Source of the DNA: Candidatus Omnitrophota bacterium
GTDB taxonomy: Bacteria; Omnitrophota; Omnitrophia; Omnitrophales; Aquincolibacteriaceae
Direction of reading: 5' to 3'
Assembly: GCA_043803685.1 (NCBI GenBank)
Contig: JAZDJU010000055.1
Span: 1-10,768, forward strand
Length of the DNA: 10,768 nt
How positions within the stretch are numbered: position 1 is the stretch's first letter; the number at the start of each line of letters is the position of its first letter. Shown here piece after piece: positions 7,427-10,768 of the stretch. A program made the translations under genes and the position numbers. The notes beneath the pieces were generated by a model that was not told the origin of the DNA, ran no database searches, and was given only the letters and a program-made list of their open reading frames with translations.

Positions 7427-7432
7427 CTCCTC
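7427..7432 (-). promoter_or_regulatory. Shine-Dalgarno site of the major pilin gene
   Basis: GAGGAG lies 7 nt before ATG 7419 and is preceded by an A-rich unstructured stretch (AAAAAAGAAAA). Confidence 0.75.
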
Positions 7433-7452
7433 TTTTCTTTTTGTGTAAAAGA

Positions 7453-8667
7453 TCACTTCTTAAAAAGGCTGATCATATTCCACATCGGGAGGAACATTCC
7501 GAGCGCAAGCACGAACACCATCCCCCCCATTACCACGATCAGCATCGGCTCGATCAGGACCATCAGATTGGTGACCGTGTACTCCACTTGGATATCATAA
7601 TATTCCGAGACCCTTAAAAGCAACTCATCAATTTTTCCGGTTTCTTCCCCGACACGAACCATCCGCACGACTGAAGGAGGAAAAAGACTGTTCTCTTTCA
7701 TCGGCTGGGTCAGACTGGTTCCCTCGGTAACGCTGACACGGATCTTAGTGATCGCGCCGGCGACGACCCTGTTATCGGCACTTCCTTCCGCAATCTCAAG
7801 AGCCCGAAGCACCGGAATACCACTTTGGATCAAAAGCGCCATGATACGCGAAAATCGGGACATATCGGCCTTCAGCACCAAGGGCCCGAAAACCGGGACC
7901 TTGAGCAGGATCCGATCTTTCAAAAGCTTCCCGGCCGGCGTCTTCAGAAACCGGACGAGAAAGATCCCAGAGCCGACCAGAACGATCGCCGTAAGCCACC
8001 CGTAATGCGTAAAAGCATCGTGGATCCCCAGAAGGATCCGGGTCGGAAGCGGCAATTCGACGCCACTTTTTGAAAAAAGTTGGGCAAACTTCGGAATAAT
8101 AAAATTAGTAATGACAAGAAATGCGATCACGAGGGCCCCCATCACGAGGGTCGGATAACGCAGGGCGGATTTGACGCGCATTTGAAGTTTTTCCTCAGCC
8201 TCTCCAATGAAGATCAGTCGCTCCAAGATCTGCTCCAACCTCCCGGAAACTTCACCCGCCCGGATCATGTTGACGTAGAGCACATTAAAGATCTTCGGGT
8301 AGCGCTCTAAGGCATCAGAGATGCTCGCCCCCCCCTGAATGCTTTGGAGAAGTCCTCCCACGATCTTCGAGAGCACGGGATTGCGGTCTTGCTCCCCGAT
8401 CACTTCCAAAGACGCCAGGATCGTGAGCCCGGCCCGGGTCAGGGTATAGAGCTCCCGGGTGAAAGCATTGACGTCACTCAGTTTGAAACGGCGGAAACGC
8501 GCCATGAAATCGCCGGCCACTTTTTCCTCGATCGGCACAATGGAAAGAGGCGTGAGTTCTTTTTGTTTCAGCTGGGTCGCGACCTCGGCATCGGAAGCGG
8601 CGATCATTTTTCCTGAAAGAGAGCGTCCGAATTTGTCACGAGCTTTGTAGCTGTAGGAAATTTCCAT
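7453..8667 (-). CDS. pilC: Inner-membrane platform protein (PilC/GspF/MshG family), 404 aa
   Basis: Two T2SSF repeats (FTRELYTLTRAGLTIL...YVNMIRAGEVSGRLEQIL; FSRIMALLIQSGIPVL...MVRVGEETGKIDELL), plus ALRYP, ELPLPTRIL, LIEPMLIV and MFLPMW. The ATG overlaps the ATPase stop (TAATG, 8665-8669). Confidence 0.96.
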   Translation of the reverse strand: MEISYSYKARDKFGRSLSGKMIAASDAEVATQLKQKELTPLSIVPIEEKVAGDFMARFRRFKLSDVNAFTRELYTLTRAGLTILASLEVIGEQDRNPVLSKIVGGLLQSIQGGASISDALERYPKIFNVLYVNMIRAGEVSGRLEQILERLIFIGEAEEKLQMRVKSALRYPTLVMGALVIAFLVITNFIIPKFAQLFSKSGVELPLPTRILLGIHDAFTHYGWLTAIVLVGSGIFLVRFLKTPAGKLLKDRILLKVPVFGPLVLKADMSRFSRIMALLIQSGIPVLRALEIAEGSADNRVVAGAITKIRVSVTEGTSLTQPMKENSLFPPSVVRMVRVGEETGKIDELLLRVSEYYDIQVEYTVTNLMVLIEPMLIVVMGGMVFVLALGMFLPMWNMISLFKK

Positions 8668-10337
8668 TACTCGATCTCGGTGACTCGTAGAACTTCTTCG
8701 AGGGTCGTGATCCCTTTCTGGACCTTTTCCAGGCCGTCCTCACGCAGAGTTTTCATCCCCTGTTCCACCGCCTTCTTCTTGATCTCGGCAGCCGAACGAC
8801 GGGCATCCACCAGAGATTTGATCTCGTCGGTGATGAACATCATCTCAAAGATCCCGCAACGGCCCGTAAACCCAGTCTGATTGCACTTGGAGCAACCTTT
8901 CCCTCGCATGACCTGGGTCCCCTCGGGAAACCCCACGCTCTGCAGCACCCCAGCGGAGGGCGTGTAAGGCTCACGGCATTTCGAACAGTTGATGCGAACG
9001 AGCCTCTGCGCCAGGATCCCGATGACAGAGCTCGATATTAGAAAAGGTTCGGCCCCCATGTCGACCAGACGCGTCAAGGCGGAAGGCGCGTCGTTGGTGT
9101 GGAGTGTCGAGAACACCAGATGTCCGGTCAGCGCCGACTGGATGGCCATATCCACCGTCTCCCGGTCGCGGATCTCGCCGACCATCATGATGTCGGGATC
9201 CTGACGCAAAAACCCACGTAATCCGTTGGCAAAGGTAATGCCGGCCTTAATATTGACCTGCGTCTGGCGAACCCGGGACAGCACGTACTCAACGGGATCT
9301 TCGATGGTCACGATATTCTTCTCTTCGCTGTTGATCTTGGAAAGAGCCGCGTACAATGTGGTTGTTTTTCCGCTACCGGTGGGTCCGGTCACCAGAATGA
9401 TCCCATGCGAACGGGTGATAAGCTTTTCAAAACGCTCGAGATTCTCTTTGGCAAAACCCAACTCCACAAGATTGGGAAGCATCGCGCGCTTGTCCAAAAG
9501 ACGCAACACAACATTTTCTCCAAAAAGCGTCGGGAAGGTTGAAACGCGAATATCAAGATCCTTGCCTTCGAGCTCGGTGCGGATCTTGCCGTCCTGGGGC
9601 TTTCGACTCTCGGTGATATCCATGCCGGCAAGGATCTTGATGCGTGAAACGACCGAATTCTGGATCGTGATCGGAAAGGTCGTAATATGATGCAAAAGCC
9701 CGTCCACGCGAAGGCGCACCGAAACGATCGTTTCCTCGGGCTCGATATGAATATCGGAAGCCCGGGATTGGACGGCCTGCAAGAACAGGGAATCAACCAA
9801 TTGGCTGACAGGGGTCTTCTCGGTGATCTCGCCTAATATCACTTCCTGCGTGTTCGGCGTTTTTTCCTTTTCAAGGGTTTTGACGATCTCCTCCATGGAC
9901 CCCCGGAAATGATAATAGGCATTGAGAGCGACCTGGAAACCTCCCGCCGAGACAAGAATGGCATCGACCACGTCAAAATTGGTGAGTTTACGAACCTGAT
10001 CAATGGCGACAATATTGTGAGGATCGACCATTCCGATAGAGAGCGAGTTCCCGGTCGAAAAAAGCGGGATCAGGCTGTATTTCTTTGCGATCTTTTCGGG
10101 GATCAGTTTGATCAGTTCGCGATCGAGACGGTAGTTATTAAGGTCAATGTAAGGCACTCCGAGGATCGTGGCCTTCGTACTCGCCAGTTCTTCGTCGGTA
10201 ATATAACCGCCCTTCACAAGCACAGATTCGAGGGGTTGGCCGACACGCCCGGCTTCCTTCTTGGCCTGGTCCGCCTGATCCTGCTGGATCAGTCCCTGCT
10301 TTAGCAATAGCTCTATCAACTTAACGTCTGCGATCAT
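8667..10337 (-). CDS. pilB: Pilus assembly ATPase (PilB/GspE/MshE family), 556 aa
   Basis: N-terminal MshEN/T2SSE_N domain, ASDIHIEP, RLRVDG, Walker A GPTGSGKTTT, Asp box TIEDPVEY, Walker B LRQDPDIMMVGEIRD, His box TGHLVFSTLHTN, and a tetracysteine Zn motif (CSKC...CSKC). Confidence 0.97.
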   Translation of the reverse strand: MIADVKLIELLLKQGLIQQDQADQAKKEAGRVGQPLESVLVKGGYITDEELASTKATILGVPYIDLNNYRLDRELIKLIPEKIAKKYSLIPLFSTGNSLSIGMVDPHNIVAIDQVRKLTNFDVVDAILVSAGGFQVALNAYYHFRGSMEEIVKTLEKEKTPNTQEVILGEITEKTPVSQLVDSLFLQAVQSRASDIHIEPEETIVSVRLRVDGLLHHITTFPITIQNSVVSRIKILAGMDITESRKPQDGKIRTELEGKDLDIRVSTFPTLFGENVVLRLLDKRAMLPNLVELGFAKENLERFEKLITRSHGIILVTGPTGSGKTTTLYAALSKINSEEKNIVTIEDPVEYVLSRVRQTQVNIKAGITFANGLRGFLRQDPDIMMVGEIRDRETVDMAIQSALTGHLVFSTLHTNDAPSALTRLVDMGAEPFLISSSVIGILAQRLVRINCSKCREPYTPSAGVLQSVGFPEGTQVMRGKGCSKCNQTGFTGRCGIFEMMFITDEIKSLVDARRSAAEIKKKAVEQGMKTLREDGLEKVQKGITTLEEVLRVTEIE

Positions 10338-10354
10338 GGTCCCACCGATCCGGG

Positions 10355-10393
10355 CTTGTTAATATTTTAATAATGATCTTGAACCGCCTCGAA
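10355..10393 (-). promoter_or_regulatory. Possible sigma70-type promoter for the pilus operon
   Basis: AT-rich patch with a -10-like TAAAAT (10369-10364) about 26 nt before the ATPase ATG. There is no convincing -35 (TTCGAG at 18-nt spacing matches consensus at only 2 of 6 positions). Confidence 0.25.
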
Positions 10394-10438
10394 GGATCCC
10401 ATGGATTTCGAATCCTTTCACGCTGAGAAATAAGAGGA

Positions 10439-10630
10439 CTAGCTCCCTGTCAACCTACGGATGGTCTTGGCGAACAACTCAGGATCGAATGGCTTGACCA
10501 TATATTCATCGGCACCCGCCTGCTCCGCAAGCTTCTTGTCTGCGTCACTCCCTTTGGCCGAAAAAATGATCACCGGAATTTTTTCAAAGGCTTTGTCGAA
10601 CTTGAGCATCCGGCAAACTTTATAACCATC
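10439..10630 (-). pseudogene. 3' half of a CheY-like response regulator receiver gene, interrupted by an IS (not in ORF track)
   Basis: Manual translation DGYKVCRMLKFDKAFEKIPVIIFSAKGSDADKKLAEQAGADEYMVKPFDPELFAKTIRRLTGS* covers receiver alpha3 to alpha5 (DG..VC, IPVII.SA, GADEY..KPF). An in-frame TGA lies three codons upstream of DGY, inside IS-like sequence, so beta1-beta3 with the phospho-acceptor Asp is missing here. Confidence 0.88.
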
Positions 10631-10768
10631 ACCAGTTCAATAACGAAGTGCAACACTTGAGGGTTTTCAAAGGCTTCCGCGTTATGATGAGCGGACTATG
10701 CCAAAACCCTATAAACACCTTACAAGCTATGAGAGAGATCTACTGTCCGTCCTTAAAAGCAAGGGCCA
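10630..10768 (+). mobile_element. Left end of an IS30-family insertion sequence (continues beyond the right edge)
   Basis: 10630-10655 (CACCAGTTCAATAACGAAGTGCAACA) has the TTCAAT-N8-GCAACA layout of IS30-family terminal inverted repeats, recalled from memory of IS30/IS1655-type ends. It begins where receiver-domain homology stops and is followed by a transposase start. The boundary is uncertain by 1-2 nt. Confidence 0.82.
10698..10768 (+). CDS. IS30-family transposase, N-terminus (partial)
   Basis: ATG 10698 gives MPKPYKHLTSYERDLLSVLKSKG..., which fits the N-terminal HTH pattern of IS30 transposases (Y.HLT..ER..I..L...G). Only 23 codons are visible. Confidence 0.8.
   Translation, partial: MPKPYKHLTSYERDLLSVLKSKG

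Noticed and set aside
2696..8335. Homopolymer tracts as phase-variation sites (C8 8328-8335, C7 7522-7528, A8 3206-3213, T8 2696-2703)
   Set aside because: All genes are in frame, and runs of 7-8 nt are plausible by chance in 10 kb. Read-level length variation would be needed to support this.
771..10304. All other plus-strand ORFs and the short alternative-frame minus-strand ORFs in the track
   Set aside because: They overlap well-supported operon genes, show no recognisable motifs, and are expected shadow ORFs at this GC content.
10338..10438. c-di-GMP-I riboswitch upstream of the ATPase (TTCGAAA...TGGGA resemblance)
   Set aside because: It lacks the GGCAAAC and GACGCAAA consensus segments and the second stem.
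10615..10660. IS-created hybrid promoter reading into the pilus operon
   Set aside because: Outward TTGAAC and TTGCAC hexamers lie 10 and 23 nt from the nearest TATAAA, not 16-18 nt.
1..10768. CRISPR array, tRNA, rRNA or long tandem repeats
   Set aside because: None seen. The window is almost entirely coding, and intergenic gaps are about 100 nt or less.

Overview
The window holds one tightly coupled minus-strand operon for a type IV filament system whose gene content and order resemble an MSHA-type pilus. In transcription order it encodes a PilB/MshE ATPase, a PilC/MshG platform protein, an MshA-like major pilin, three minor pilins (one a PilX-like pilin fused to a LamG/ConA-like domain), a PilM-PilN fusion, PilO, a PilP/MshK-like protein, a secretin and an ExeA/MshM-like AAA ATPase that runs off the left edge. 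Three coding features are missing from the ORF track: the ExeA/MshM ATPase (1..663), the 3' half of a CheY-like receiver gene (10439..10630), and the start of an IS30-family transposase whose left end (from about 10630) interrupts that receiver gene. An 18-bp GNRA-capped RNA hairpin separates the major pilin from the minor pilins. All family assignments come from motif recognition by eye; no database searches were run.
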